Shown here: in pieces, positions 29,346 to 42,875 of the stretch
How the letters are laid out: each line of letters begins with the position of its first letter
How positions within the stretch are numbered: position 1 is the first letter of the stretch
NCBI RefSeq assembly: GCF_009914755.1
Contig: NC_060926.1
DNA length: 64,000 nucleotides
Source: the human T2T-CHM13v2.0 reference genome, Homo sapiens
Strand: one strand, 5' to 3'
Notes under the pieces: model-generated
What the model was told of the DNA's origin: nothing
Databases searched by the model: none
What the model saw: the letters and a program-made list of their open reading frames with translations, nothing else
Made by a program: the position numbers and the translations under genes

Positions 29346-29930
29346 CCGCCGTCTGGACCTTCCTCTCCCTCCGCGCCGGCTTTTCCGCCACGCGGAGCGC
29401 TGGCTGGCGAGGCCGCGTGTCCGAGCGGCGCCGACCGTGCCGCGGCCGGGGGACATTCCGTGCCCCGAGCGCCCCGGGCCCGCGGCTGCGGCCCTCCCAC
29501 CTGCGCGCCGGCCTGGTTTGCAGCTCCCAAACAATGGCCACATTGTCGCAGCCGCACACCGGCCGCCGCCGGCGAGTGGCGGGAGGCCGGACTCTGCTCG
29601 TGGCGAGTCGGGAAGAAAGCCAACGGGCCAGGTCCCCACAGCCGCGCCCGGAGCGCGCGAGCGGCTCCCACCCGGGAAGGGCGCGGGTTCCGAGGGGCGC
29701 CCCGGGTCTTCCTCGACCCCGTTTCCCATTGGCCTGCCCTCTTGCCCGCTTCCCCAGGAGGGGCTTCCAGTTGCCTTTACAGCTGGCGAAGTGAATGAGA
29801 GCACTCCACGGGAGCCGGGAAGAGAGAGGCCCCGTGACCAAACTTTTGGTGGCGTCTGAAACTTTTTCTGTAAGGCATCTGCAGACAGTAATCACTAAGG
29901 CCGCCTTCTGCCCTTGTCCACTCCCGGCGA
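29340..29930. promoter_or_regulatory. Second, intronic CpG island; candidate alternative promoter or enhancer
   Basis: Dense CpG, GC-boxes (cccgcccccgcc), inverted CCAAT (attgg, about 29728), SOX palindrome at 29531-29546. Confidence 0.75.
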
Positions 29931-31070
29931 CAGGAAAGGAAGGGCGGTCCTCTCTTCCATTCGTCTTGACCTGTAGGGATTCGAAACCTCTTAGCGCTCA
30001 GAAAAAAGATCTTTGAATGCCTGATGTTAAAAGAGCGTCCCTGGGTCCAAGATAGCCCCTTCAGCAGACGCTTAGCAATGCTTCTTTGTGTGCTGGACAA
30101 TGCAGTAAGTCAGCCAGACTTTTGAGCCACATTTATAAGGAACTGTAAGGGCCGCTCAAGTACACTTGTGCTAAGTTGAATTGATTGAAATTTAATGGCG
30201 GTTAGTGGCGATGAATGGTAATGATTTTCCAGCGTATCTTTGGCATACTTGACATTAATAACTGGAGTGTGTGTGTACGCACGCCGAGAGCCCGCCACAC
30301 ACGTGAGGCCGTAGCATTATTCATTTTCCGAGGTGCCAGTCCTTTCTCTCCTCAAATCCTTTTCCATCTCACCATAATTCAGTTGTTAGGATGACTTTAA
30401 AAAAAAAAAAAAAAAAAGGAAAGAGGGAAAGAGAAAAATCTTTCTCCATTGAGCACGTACATCATGTCAACGTAATTTTGAGCTCATGATTTCTTTTCAA
30501 TTCCTACATAAATCAGCTTCTAATATATAGAATGTGACGAATTTGTTTTAGCTGCCATCATGAATTAATGTTATGCAAATAGAAGCTGTGCAGGTGAAAT
30601 GATTTACTTAATAATTTCAACTTCTAATATTTAAACTCATTCATTATGTTGGAGTTAAAAAAAGCAAGTCCATATTTTTAAACCTCAGATGGGGAGATTA
30701 GTATGCAAATATTTGCAGTGCAGCAACCCTTGATGACCAGAAAATAGCTCTTAATTTGTTGATTCTCTGGGAATCTGCAGCTCACCATACCAAGTGGCCT
30801 AAGGAGCAGGGGAAAGAAGACTTACCAAGTTTTATCTGGGGGAGGACACAAATGCATTTACATAATTCCATCGTGACCATCAATGTACCATATCCAGTGG
30901 GACTGAACTCTCTCTGCTTTGGGGACCAAGGAAGGCTTCCCATTTGAATTTGTCTTGAAGAATAACTGTAACTGCCAGGTAGAGAAGGGTAAAGGGCTCT
31001 GATGTGCCGCCTCCCCGCTCCCCTTCCTGCTTCTTTGTCCTTTGTCCTTTGCTAGTTAAGACCATCTTAA

Positions 31071-31195
31071 CACTGTAATTCCAGGATTTGGGGAGGCTGA
31101 GGTGGGAGGATTGCTGGAGTTCAGGAGTTCGAGGCCAGCCTGGGCAACATAGCGATACCCTGTCTCTACAAAAAAATAAAAATAAAAAAAGAAAT
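31071..31195 (+). mobile_element. 5'-truncated Alu left monomer (FLAM_C/AluJ)
   Basis: ggaggctgaggtgggaggattgc...gccagcctgggcaacatagcga...A-rich tail; TSD catcttaa at 31063-31070 and 31196-31203. Confidence 0.85.
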
Positions 31196-32519
31196 CATCT
31201 TAAGAGCCAGTCATTAAATACCGGCCTATGAAGGTGACCCTGGTGTAGAAAGTTGGGCCAGAGGACTACCCAGATAACTGTTAGGAAGACTTTCTTATAT
31301 ATACCATCCTTCCCGGCTGTTTCCCTCTGGAAGAAGCTAAGGAAGAGCACAAGAGTGATGGATGGCTGCACTATAAAGATAATTAGCCCGAACCCCTTGG
31401 AGTTATCCCCAGGGACTGGGAGACCCAGTCACTCAATAGTTGGGTGACCCTGTGCAAGTTGCTTCGCCTATCTCTGGGAAGGGGGCGGGGCTTGGTAGAT
31501 GTCATCTCTCAGGTCCTCCCAGCTTCAAAACCCTCTGAGCTAGCACACCCTGCCCACTGGACAGCCATCTCTAAGAGTCAAGACAGCGGGTAGGGTGGGA
31601 AGATCAGAGTCTGGAGAAAGGGAAGGTCTTGGGTACCCCCTGGGGAGAGTTGGGTGCCTGTCAAGGAATATGTCCTGCCTCTCCTTGCTGGCCACTCTTC
31701 TTAGCCAGCCGCTGTGCTCAGGTACCTCTGGGATGTGGTCACAGGGTCAGTGTAAATGGGAGTGGCCTTGGGGACATTGGTAGAGAGCGGAAGCCTGTGA
31801 TGGTCTTTTCAGACTTTCCTCGAGGCTGAAGATCAGTGAAGGAAGGGCTGACACATAAATTTGTCTTGGATCTCTGAAGATGATAAGGGTGGAGTTTTGA
31901 CTTCACTTCTCAAAAAATTGAGGTCGTTGCAGTCTGATGACAGGTTGAAGGCACATCACTCAGACGTTTCTGCAGACAGCTGTGGGTTGTGCTGTCATGA
32001 TACATTGTGTGTGTCCAGGCAGTGACAGTATATTTAGGGCTGGCCCTCGCTGTCTGTGGAGATCAAGGTGAGGGGACATCTCTGGTGCTCTTGGGCTTGA
32101 GAGAATGCATATGTTGCCTTGTTTATGTACTGAAAGAAAAATTGGACTCAGTAGCTACTCTGTTACTTCCATACTTTTCAGGTATGTGAATCAATAGTTG
32201 GAACAGGATTGTAGAGTTTGAATGTAATTCAGGTACATTCATCTACCGAAGATGTGGTACATAATATAGTAATTTACATACACAGTATAGTATGTTAGAT
32301 TACCCTTCCTGCTGTTCAGTGTGAATGAGGGATGTGCGACATGTATATTTATGCTGATAGACATTTATATGGCTAAAACTTTAACTACCAGATTCCTTTA
32401 GAATTAGATTTTTGTTCTTCTCCTAAAATGTGCTTGTACCCAAGAACAAGAAATTAAGAGGCACATCTGAGAATAAGGCTGCAAAGGTCTCTAGGTGGGG
32501 TTCATGGGCCTCCTGGATG

Positions 32520-32635
32520 AGATTCAGGTGGGAAGCTTGTTAAATATTGCAGAATCTTAGGTTCCCCAGGGAGAACCCATTGAATGAGAATTCCTGCAGA
32601 GTGGGTCCAGGAATCTGCATTTTATCCAGGATTTT
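32520..32635. mobile_element. MER5-family hAT remnant
   Basis: ggaagcttgttaaatattgcagaatctt...gggtccaggaatctgcatttta. Confidence 0.6.
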
Positions 32636-34539
32636 TAGGGTGGGGTGATGAGGAATAATGTCTTTTTACTATGATGTCCCTCAGATCTGGGACAGTCCAG
32701 GAATGGATTTTCAGCCAATTGCAGCACTTGCAGCTGCCTGGACAGCTGTTGCAGCAAGGAAACTAGCTGAAAACAGAGGTGCTTCTGCTCCAAAACAGCT
32801 CTTAGAAGTAGGCTCTAGAGCAGGGTCTCTCTTTCACAGGACAGTAGCTGATACTATAAGGTGGCTCTGGTGGTTACTTGCTTTTACTGGCCCCCAAGAG
32901 AAACAAGAGAGTATATTAAGTTAACATGTTGGTTTATGTGCTGTAGGTTCTGTCCCAAGTGTCCCTGGGATGCCTCCTTTCTTTTTCCATGTAAGGAACT
33001 GCAGCGCCATCAGGATGCTTTGTGGCTGAAGTGGGACCAATTTGGCATTGGACAGTTTGAGTAGGTCTTTTGGAAGTTTGACCCACACTTAGGTTTGGTT
33101 GAAGGGCCTACCTTGTGGACACCTTTATGGTCCCTAAGAAAAGTAGGAAGGAGACAGATTGTCCAATAGGGGTGAAGTTGCAGAAGAGGATGCTGTGTGG
33201 TGGCGTCAGGCCTGGGAGCTGGAAGGAGCCTGCCCTGAGGGTGAGCAGAGCCCTCACTCAAGATTAGGGGCCTAGGAACAGACTTTTCCTTTCACTACTG
33301 TCCTGCAGGCCTTGGAGACCTGGGCTCTTCCACACCCGCAGCTGTGACCATGTGGGGTGGCTTCTGGGGCTTTGATTCATACAGTTTTGCACTGCAGACT
33401 TCATTTGCTTGATGCTAATGTTACAAGTGCACCTGGGCCAGGACTTCAAGAGTGCATGGAAGAACACACTGGAAACATTTGAAATTGTGATGTGGGTGGG
33501 TCCTCATCCACCCTGCAGCTGGTTCACCTGGTGGCCATGTGGTGGGATTTGCTGGTCTGAAGAGGCTCAGGATTCCTTCTGTCCACATTTTTGCAGTTCT
33601 TCTGCGCAGGCAGATATGTACAGTAGATTGCAGGCTCTTGCTGGCACTGGGGGCCCCGTGAGAAGGGAGGTGGGATGTGGGCTGGTGCCATTTCCATCTC
33701 CTCTGGGTCTCTGGTGTGCAAGACCTGGGTGCCACATCCTTCTGCAGGTGCAACCCTCAGCCCCTGGGCCCGTAGGACCTGGTGCCCAGCCCATCTGTTT
33801 TACCAAGAGCAGCGGAGGCCCCATGATCCAGTGCGTTGCTTCTTCAGTGCCATCTCTCTCCGTCTTCAAGGGGCCACCTTGCATGGGTGGTCAGGAAAAG
33901 CTGGAGCAGGGCTCAGCTTACAAAAGACTGATAGCTCCTTTGGAAGCCTGGGTTAGCTGGTCTTCTGGGTCCCAAGCCTGCCCTGGTGGTGGAAGTCCTG
34001 TTCTCATGCTTACAGTGATTGTAGCAGTGAGAAGCGAAGCTCCCAGACCAGTGCCTGGCCGTGGGCATCAGTAAGGCAGCCTTGTGGAGCACCTGTGTCC
34101 ACCTCGAGCTGCACCCCCCCAGAAGCTGCCCAGCCACCTGCCCAGCCAGAAAGTAGAAGGCCTAAGAGAGGCCTGGGTCTCTCTGCTCCCCGGCCAACCC
34201 TCCTCCCCTGTGGGTGCCTCTGGTTTTCCCAGTGGCCCAGAGCCATGCCTATCCCTCTTTCTTCTGCTTCTGTTTTCTTGGGTTTTCCTTTATTTAAGTT
34301 TGAAGATCTATCTCTTTGCTGGGCTCTGGTCTCTGTATTCAAGGTCTGGACTCTGGTTTAGCACTTGGATTCAAGCAAACCTCTTTCTCCTGATGTAAAA
34401 ATACTAAAAAAAGCAGCAAAACATTATTTGCCCCCCAAGATCTTAAAACTAAGACATGCCTTTTTACTGAAAATGTAAAATAAGGAGAAGCAGAAAAGAG
34501 AAATTTGGTTAAATTTCCTGCTAGTCTCTGTTTTTTAAT

Positions 34540-34890
34540 ATAAAATTTTTTTTGCTCTATCCTTTCTTACAAAATTGAGGTTACATTAATACAGTCTTGT
34601 AACTCCTTATTTATTTAACATTATATCATGGAGATCTCTCATGTTATTAATAATTTTATTAGTGTGATTTTTATTGGCTACATAATATCCCTTTGTCTGC
34701 CTCTCTCGTATTTTATTTTATCATCCTTATACCATTGGGCATTTAGACTGTTCCTAGTTTTTGTTATTATAGATAATACTGGGATAGACATCCTTGTGTC
34801 GGAATGTTTACCTGAAATTCTGTTTCCTTAAATAGATTCCCAAAAGTGGAATAACTTAGCTAGAATATTTGGACAGCTGTTTTTCAGGTC
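34540..34890 (-). mobile_element. Old L1M fragment
   Basis: ttgggcatttagactgttcctagtttttgttattatagataatactgggatagacatcctt...agattcccaaaagtggaat. Confidence 0.6.
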
Positions 34891-35241
34891 CTTGTTAGGC
34901 GTTAATGGAGTTCCAGCAGTATGTACCTAGCTTTGGGGAAGAGATGGGAGGTGCTAGCTAGAGGTTTTCAGAACAGCTATGCACAAATCAATGTAAGACA
35001 ATTATTTTGTGCCTTCTGCATGCTCAGACACACACAAGCCACTTGCAAAATAGGGCCTCAATTTGCAGATGGGTAAGCAGGGCCTCAGAGACACTGGCGG
35101 ATCTCCATGTTCACCTGGGCAGTAGGGGCAGAGCTCTGAGCGGAGGCAGGTTTGCTGACCCCCAAGCCAGGACCCTCTCCCAGAGTTGGCTCCTGAGGGC
35201 TGCCCTGGGAGCAGCTGGTTTGCCTCAAACAAGGGCTATAG

Positions 35242-35444
35242 CACTGATTTCTCAACTGGGCAGTGTCTCCAGGGGGCATTTGACCTGTCTGGAGACATTT
35301 TTGGTTGTCACAACAAGGGGAATGCTATTGGTATTTAGTGGGTAGAGGCCAGGGATGCTGCTGAACATCCTGTAAACCACAAGGCAGCCCATGACAAAGA
35401 ATTTTCAGCCCAAATGTCAGCAGTGCTGCTCTCCAGAAACCCTG
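35242..35444. mobile_element. MER20 (hAT-Charlie)
   Basis: tgtctggagacatttttggttgtcacaac...gtgggtagaggccagggatgctgctgaacatcct...gcccaaatgtc...agaaaccctg. Confidence 0.9.
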
Positions 35445-36583
35445 AGTGGGGGCACATCATAGGGGACCCCTCCCCTATTGACACAACAGGACTCTGCCAC
35501 TGGGGCTTCCCAGGGACTCTGACAGTGGGGCTGTCAAAGCAGGCAGCAGTACTTTATTCAAACCTAGTTCTCACACCAGGCTGGAAATCTTAAACCTTTT
35601 CTGTGCCTTGAATTTGAAACAGTGTGGCAGGTGCCATCAAGAGGAATTCCTTGTGTAATCCATCAGTCAATCAGCCAGTACTTACTGGAACATCTGTTAT
35701 GTGCCCGGCACTTATTAAGCTCACGGCTGTAGGCACACCTTGCTAACTTGGTTACGGAGCCGGCAGTCTCCGAAATCCCAGCAGGTTTCTCAAATGTGCG
35801 TATTCCTCCTTATCCCCCTTGCCTAGGACGGAGCCTACTTTAGGAAAGGCATGATCTGGAAAGGCATCATGGGAATATTGGCCAGGAGCAGGAATTGCCC
35901 CAAACTCTTTTCCCCAAGACCCTGGATAGGTCTGTTTTCCTGGCTCCAGGCTGACAAATTTCCACTTCACAATGAATTTTGTTTTGAGCTATGCTTGCAG
36001 CTACTAGTCAGAGAATGCAAAGTCCTGTCAGTATAATGAAAAGCCCCAGAGTGAAGGCCTTGAGCAGTGGCTCTTTTAATTAACCAGTTTGCCTGAGCAG
36101 TTTGGAAGGCTTCCTCAAAGAGAGGGCCAGACTGGGTCTTCCAGGAGGAGGACTTTGCCAGCAGAGGGGTTGGGGAAGGAAGGGCAATCTGGGCAGAGGA
36201 CCTCATAGGGCAAGTGCTGGACAGGGTGTGGCATTTCTGGGGCCTCTGGTATGTGGGAGAGTCAGCGTGGGGTTGCCTCCAAGGGGTGGCTTTGTGGTCC
36301 CCCCGGATGACTCCTCTGCCTATCCATGGTTTAGCTTCAGGTCATGGGACATAAATGTGCAGAGGCCCAGGTTCTTTCCGAGGCTGGAACATTTGGGATC
36401 CTGATGTGCAGCAATGAGATTGATCATCAGCTTTGCCTTCTCATTCTCCCCGTCTTGGGTTTGGGCTCAGTTTCTAAAGTTATATCTTTCTGTCTGGTGG
36501 GTGGTGGTTCTCAGAATGCTCTCTACTATGATCCCCAGTCAAGATTATAGGTTGAGATTAAGATTATAGTGATCTTGCATTCT

Positions 36584-36720
36584 CCATCCATCCATCCATC
36601 CATCCATCCATCCATCCTCAATCCATCATCATCCAACTATCCAACCACCCATTCATCCATCCATCTACCCATCCATCCATCCGTCCATCCTTCCACCCAT
36701 CCATCCATCATACATTCATT
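36584..36720. repeat. (CCAT)n degenerate tetranucleotide repeat
   Basis: ccatccatccatccatcc... directly visible. Confidence 0.9.
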
Positions 36721-38169
36721 GACTGCAAGGATTTTAAAGGCCTTTGCTGTTGGTCTTTGGTGTACCCTTCCTCCCCATCCATGAAGCCAAGGGTCATGTC
36801 CTCTGTAAAGTATTTCCTACCACAGCCCTAGGCTCTCACTTGTCTCTGGGATTTCCCTTGCTTATAACACTCATTAATACTGCCTTGCCATTGTCTGTTT
36901 ATTTGTGCTTAACACGTGTTTGTTTATAAATGAATTTTGGGAAATGTTTCAAGGGAAGAAAATGGCATTTTCCCATTTTCTTTGACATCTCTCTTAAAAA
37001 ATATAAGTTAACCAGGTAGTCTCCAGATTGACCTCCTTGGTTTGAGAAAGCAAGCACAATTATTAATTAGTGATTAGTTTTAATATAGTAGAGCTGTATT
37101 TTAAAAAAAAAATCTAAGCATGTGGTATAGTTCATTTGGACCCCACACATAATCTCTTTGTACAATACTCTTATGCCCTTTGGAGAGATCTTAGGTGGGA
37201 GGCAGGATGTTTTGGTGGATGAGGAATTGGAAAGTTGGTGAGATAAGCAGAGTTCCAGGCTGGCTTTGCCTGTGAGTTAACATGAGACCTCAGGCGGCAG
37301 GCCATTGTGCCTCTCTGGGTCTCCACTTGTTCATTTCTCAGGACAGATCTTTTCTAGGACTCTGTAAGCTATGACAGTCAGAGCCTGGGATCATAATTGT
37401 TCTGTTCGTGATTACAGAGGGTTGTATTTGGAGTTTTTAGACTCATTGACAGTCATCTCACTGATGTACTTGAATAAGGCAGCAGCCCCTGACCTTAGTA
37501 GTCCCTCGGGAAGTGCACATGTCTTTAAATGCTGTTGCATCATCTCAAGAGGGGGGCCTTGGAGACCAAGTGCCGCATCAGCCCCCACCACTAGGTATAG
37601 GACATGTGTCATGCAGTGGTGACAGCCTGATGCAGTCAGTATTATCACTAGCATTTTACAGATGCCACTGAGACTTTGTGGTTTTATTGGAGTTGCTCTA
37701 AGTCCCAAAGATAGAACATCAACGTCACAGCTCCCTCTCCTCCCTGGGGTCTGTTTCTCATCCGCCAGGATATCCACAGGGACATGAGCCTCTGCCTCAT
37801 CCTCTGAGGGGAGGGCAGGGCGCAGGCTTTGTCTCAGCAGAGACATCCTCTGCCTGGGTGGCCCCTCGTGTCCCTGTCGTGAGCCTCAGCCCCTCCCACT
37901 CCAGGAGGAGGTACACTCATTCCTTCTGAGTCCCCAGCTCTCTGAGGGAGGGCTGAGGCTAGTTCTTTCCCAGGCTAGCTCACCACCCCCTTTTGGGGGC
38001 AAGTTTGGGTGCTGCACTTCCACATAAGCCAGCAGGGCATCAGTTTGGCCCCAGAGCCAGTGCTCCCCCGAGGGGGACTGTCCAGCTGTGGCATGGCCAT
38101 TGGGAAGGGACAGGTGCATCAGGGAAGATTCTGTGGAGCAAGGGGCTCAGAGCAGGCACTGGAGATAGA

Positions 38170-38318
38170 CTGCAAATCCAGCTCTGGCCTGCCATTTTCT
38201 CATCTGTAAAATGAGGATAACTCTAAGACCCATCTCAAAGGGTTAGAGGTAAAAGAGTTAGTATGAGACAATTACCTGGCGCATAGTAAGCACACAGTAC
38301 ATCTTGGTTGTTATTATT
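38170..38318 (+). mobile_element. MIR
   Basis: ttttctcatctgtaaaatgaggataa...catctcaaagggtt...cctggcgcatagtaagcac. Confidence 0.75.
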
Positions 38319-39957
38319 AAAAAGGCAGTCTGTGTGGGCACGATATATTTGGCAGCTACCACTCTACTGACTCATTTGGGCTCTCGTTAGGCAAAGTCCT
38401 CATTCTCATTTAGCACGCGCTGCTGGTTTACACCATAGTTCCCATCTTGCTGGGCCTTAACAACGAAAGACATCCTGGCAGGGAGCAGAGCCTGCCCTTC
38501 CCAGAACTTGGATACTTCTGTGCTCTTTTCTGTGGCCAGGAAAGGGGTCCGATGTTTACCAGGGAGCACTTCTAAGATGTGCCTGGTACAGCATTTTACC
38601 TTTCCACCTTCATGCTGCTGGAGGCTGCACTGGGCCCCAGGGGGATGCCCCGGTACCGCCTGCCTCTACCTTGCTCTGCAGAGGCCTCTCCAAAGCGGGC
38701 CTTCCAGCCAGATCCCTCCGGAAGCCAGGATGGTGGCCCCCAACTCTGCTCCAGCTGTGGAGACTGTTGCCGGTTGGAAAAGGTACACGTGGCCTCCTGA
38801 GGGTACTGACTGTGTGGCTCCCACAGGGCCAGCCCCCTGTAGCTACTCAATGTGAATTCTGAAGGACAGGACAGCTGGAAAGGGCCCCGGAAGGATCCCT
38901 TGCCCAAAATTGGCCTTTTCCCATCTTTACCCCAACTTAGGGATCATGATGGCCCAAATACTAAAATAACATTTGTTCTTCTAGATTTTTTTTTCTATTT
39001 TATCTTTTGGGCCTGTTTAATTCTAGTCTTTTTTTCCTGTGAATATTTATCCTTTCCACCGTTCTCCCCTTCCCCCCAAACTTTACAGATTTTAGATTGT
39101 ATGGTTTACAGTTTTGCATCTCGTACTTTTTACTTAATACTTTTTGATAAGCATTTGTCGTAGCCCTGACAAAATGATTACTCTATTTTGGACATAAAAG
39201 CCAATTTTTCTTTATCATAAGTAATTATTCTCCAAACACGCTTATATATAAATACTCTGAGATTATTAGTGTGCATAACTTTCTCTTTTAAATAAAAGCA
39301 GATCCTTTATAAAATAATTATGAGAAAATTCTTGAAAAGAGGAAAAGAAGGCATTCTGGACTCCAGGCCCACGTTGGTGTTCTCTGTGGGTAATGCCCTA
39401 GCATCTTGGTGAGTTCCTTCTGGGCCTTTTTCTGTTTATGTTTATGAATACCTTCTGGACTCATGGGATCATAGCACACATATTGTTTTGCAATCTTCAC
39501 ACTGTATTAGTGTGCATGTTTTCCCACAGATATGTCTCTGACCACATTCTTTGAATACATTTCCAGAGGTAGAATTCTTGATCAAAGGTGAGATCATGTT
39601 TAAGGCTCTTTATTCATATTTCTGGGCAAGTGATTAAAAATGTAACTACCCAGGGGAAGGCAGCCCATGAAGCCAGTTTCTTTCTGATGCAAAAGTAATA
39701 AAGATACAAAAGGTTAAACCTGCAGAAATGTATAGTGTTGAGTGAGCACGACCCCCACTAGAGAGAACGGCTGATAGTGAGTATGCCTGTGTCTCCATTT
39801 CTCTATTGATATAGACCAGTGTTTTATTATTATCATTTATTTTTACACCAGTGGGATCATACTACTGCAGTGTTTGGCAGTTTGCTTTCTTTGTGGTCAT
39901 TTAGCAATATGTCTTGGCATTCTATCCACGTGTGTACATGTATGTATATGTGTGTAG

Positions 39958-40306
<349 letters not shown>

Positions 40307-40822
40307 TTATTTATACTTATTTATTGAATAGTAATATACCTACATGGTTAATAGGTTCAGAAAGCATGAAGGTTATACATACATTATAAAGTTTTCGTAC
40401 CACTGCCATAGCCCAGCCACCCAAAACCTCTCAAGAATGCTAGTTTTTTGTGTATCCTTCCTGAAATAAGTTTTGTGTAAGTGGCATGGAAATGAGTATA
40501 TATAATCTTTTTTACTTTTTTGTACACAAATGGAAGCATATTTTACAGCCTGTATTGGAACTTGCCTTTTTCACTCACCTTTTCCTGTGAGCACATAAAC
40601 AGCTTCCCATTCTGTGTGTCTGGGCGGGATACCACTGTATGGTTATACCATCGGTTATTTAGTAGCTATTGATGAACATTTGCCACTATAAACAAGGTTG
40701 CATTGAATAACCTTATGTCATTTCACATACATGAATATCTCTTTGTAGATAAATTCCTAGAACTTCTGGGTGTAAAACTTCGGGGTATAAGGGTGGGTGT
40801 TTTTTTTTTCTGTACGTATTTT

Positions 40823-41121
40823 TTTTTTTTTTTTTTTTGAGACAGAGTCTCGCTCTGTTGCCCAGTCTGGAGGGTGCAGTGGCACGATCTCAGCTCACTG
40901 CAACTTCTGCCTCCTGGTTCAAGGGATTCTCGTGCCTCAGCCTCCCAAGTAGCTGGGATTATAGGCGTCCGCCACCACGCCCAGCTAATTTTTGTATTTT
41001 CAGTAGAGACAGGGTTTCGCCATGTTGGCCAGGCTAGTTTCAAACTCGTGACTTCAGGTGATCTACCTGCGTCGACCTCTGAAAGTGCTGGGATTACAGG
41101 CGTGAGCCACTGTGCCTGGCC
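40823..41121 (-). mobile_element. AluSx-like
   Basis: Dimeric antisense Alu; degenerate TSD tctgtacgtatttt / tctctacggatttt. Confidence 0.93.
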
Positions 41122-41342
41122 TCTCTACGGATTTTAATCTTTGCAATTTGATAGAAGAAAAAATCTGGTTGTTTCAATTTTCATTTTTTAGCATCAGTAA
41201 TATTAAATATTTAAATACTTTATTTTATGTTGTATTTTCCTGTGTGTTTGTTAGTTGCTTGTGTTTCTTAGCAATTTTTCCGTCAGTGTCTTTGTTTTTT
41301 CTTAAAGATTTGTACGTTTATCATAAATTAAAGCTATTTCCA

Positions 41343-41661
<319 letters not shown>

Positions 41662-41719
41662 CTATTTCCTCTGCTTCTCACATGTTACAAACATTTTTTT
41701 CTTGTGCCATCTCTATTAA

Positions 41720-41853
41720 AATTGTGTTTATGTTTATAGATTTAGGGGTACGAGTGCCGTGTGTTATGTGGATATATTGCGTAGTGGTAAAGTCTGGGAT
41801 TTTAGTGTAACCATCACCGTATAGGGTACATTATAACCATTTGGTAATTTCTC
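41720..41853 (-). mobile_element. 5'-truncated L1PB/L1MA-type 3' terminus
   Basis: Minus strand reads gagaaattacc...ggtgatggttacactaaaatcccagactttaccactacgcaatatatccac...tacccctaaatctataaa. Confidence 0.8.
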
Positions 41854-42571
41854 ATAAGGGTGGGTGTTTTTGTACTTTAGACAGATATTGGTAAATCACT
41901 TTCCATAGAAGTTTACACTCCCACCAGCAACGTACGAGAGTGCTTATCTGCCCATATCCACATCAACAGGGAGTGTTATCAAACTTGTCGATCCTTGCCA
42001 ATCTGATAGTTGGAAGAGAAACTATGTTTCAGCGGAGTTTTTTTTTAAAAATGTACAGTTTGATAAAGTTTGACTCGTGTGTGCAAACCATCACCATAAT
42101 CAAGATAATGGACATATCCATCATCCGCAGAAGTTTCCTCATGCCCCTCTGTAATCTGTCCCCCCACCCCACCCCCTGGCCTTCCCTGGCAACCACTGAT
42201 CTGCTTCCTGTCATTTTCCAGAGCTTATAAAAGTGGAACCATACAGGATGTCCTCATTTTTGTCTGGCTTCTTTCACCACAATTATTTTGGAATTCATCC
42301 ATGTTGCTGCACGTATCAATAGTTTATTCATTTTTATTGCTGAGTAGTAGTTCATCATACGGATATATCATAATTTGTTTGTCCAGATGCCTGTTGATGG
42401 ATATTTAGGTTGTTTCCAGTTTTGGGCTATTACAAGTGACGTTGCTTTGAACATTTCTGTATAAGTCATTGTATGCGCATGTGCTTTCCTTTTCTCTTGG
42501 GTAAACATCGAGGAGTAGAATGCCTGGATCATAGGTAGGTGTGTCTGGGCCAGAGGGTTGGTATATTTAAC

Positions 42572-42875
42572 CATTTTTTCTTTTTTTTTTTTTTAAGACA
42601 GAGTTTCACTCTTGTTGCCCAGGCTGGAGTGCAATGGCGCAATCTTGGCTCACTGCAGTCTCCGCCTCCGGGTGCAAAGGATTCTCCTGCCTCAGCCTCC
42701 CAAGTAGCTGGGATTATAGACGCCCACCACCATGCCCAGCTAATTTTTGTATTTTTAGTAGAGACGGGTTTCACCATGTTGGCCAGGCCAGTCTTGAACT
42801 CCTGACCTCAAATGGTCTACCCGCCTTGGCCTCCCAAAGTGCTGGGATTGCAGGCATGAGACACCACACACAGCC
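42572..42875 (-). mobile_element. AluSq/Sp-like
   Basis: gagtttcactcttgttgcccaggctggagtgcaatgg; TSD tatttaac at 42564-42571 and 42876-42883. Confidence 0.95.

Noticed and set aside
28946-29895. Stack of 235-286 aa ORFs on both strands
   Set aside because: Stop-codon depletion in a CT-rich tract plus CpG island; the translations are low-complexity S/L/P/F or R/G/E.
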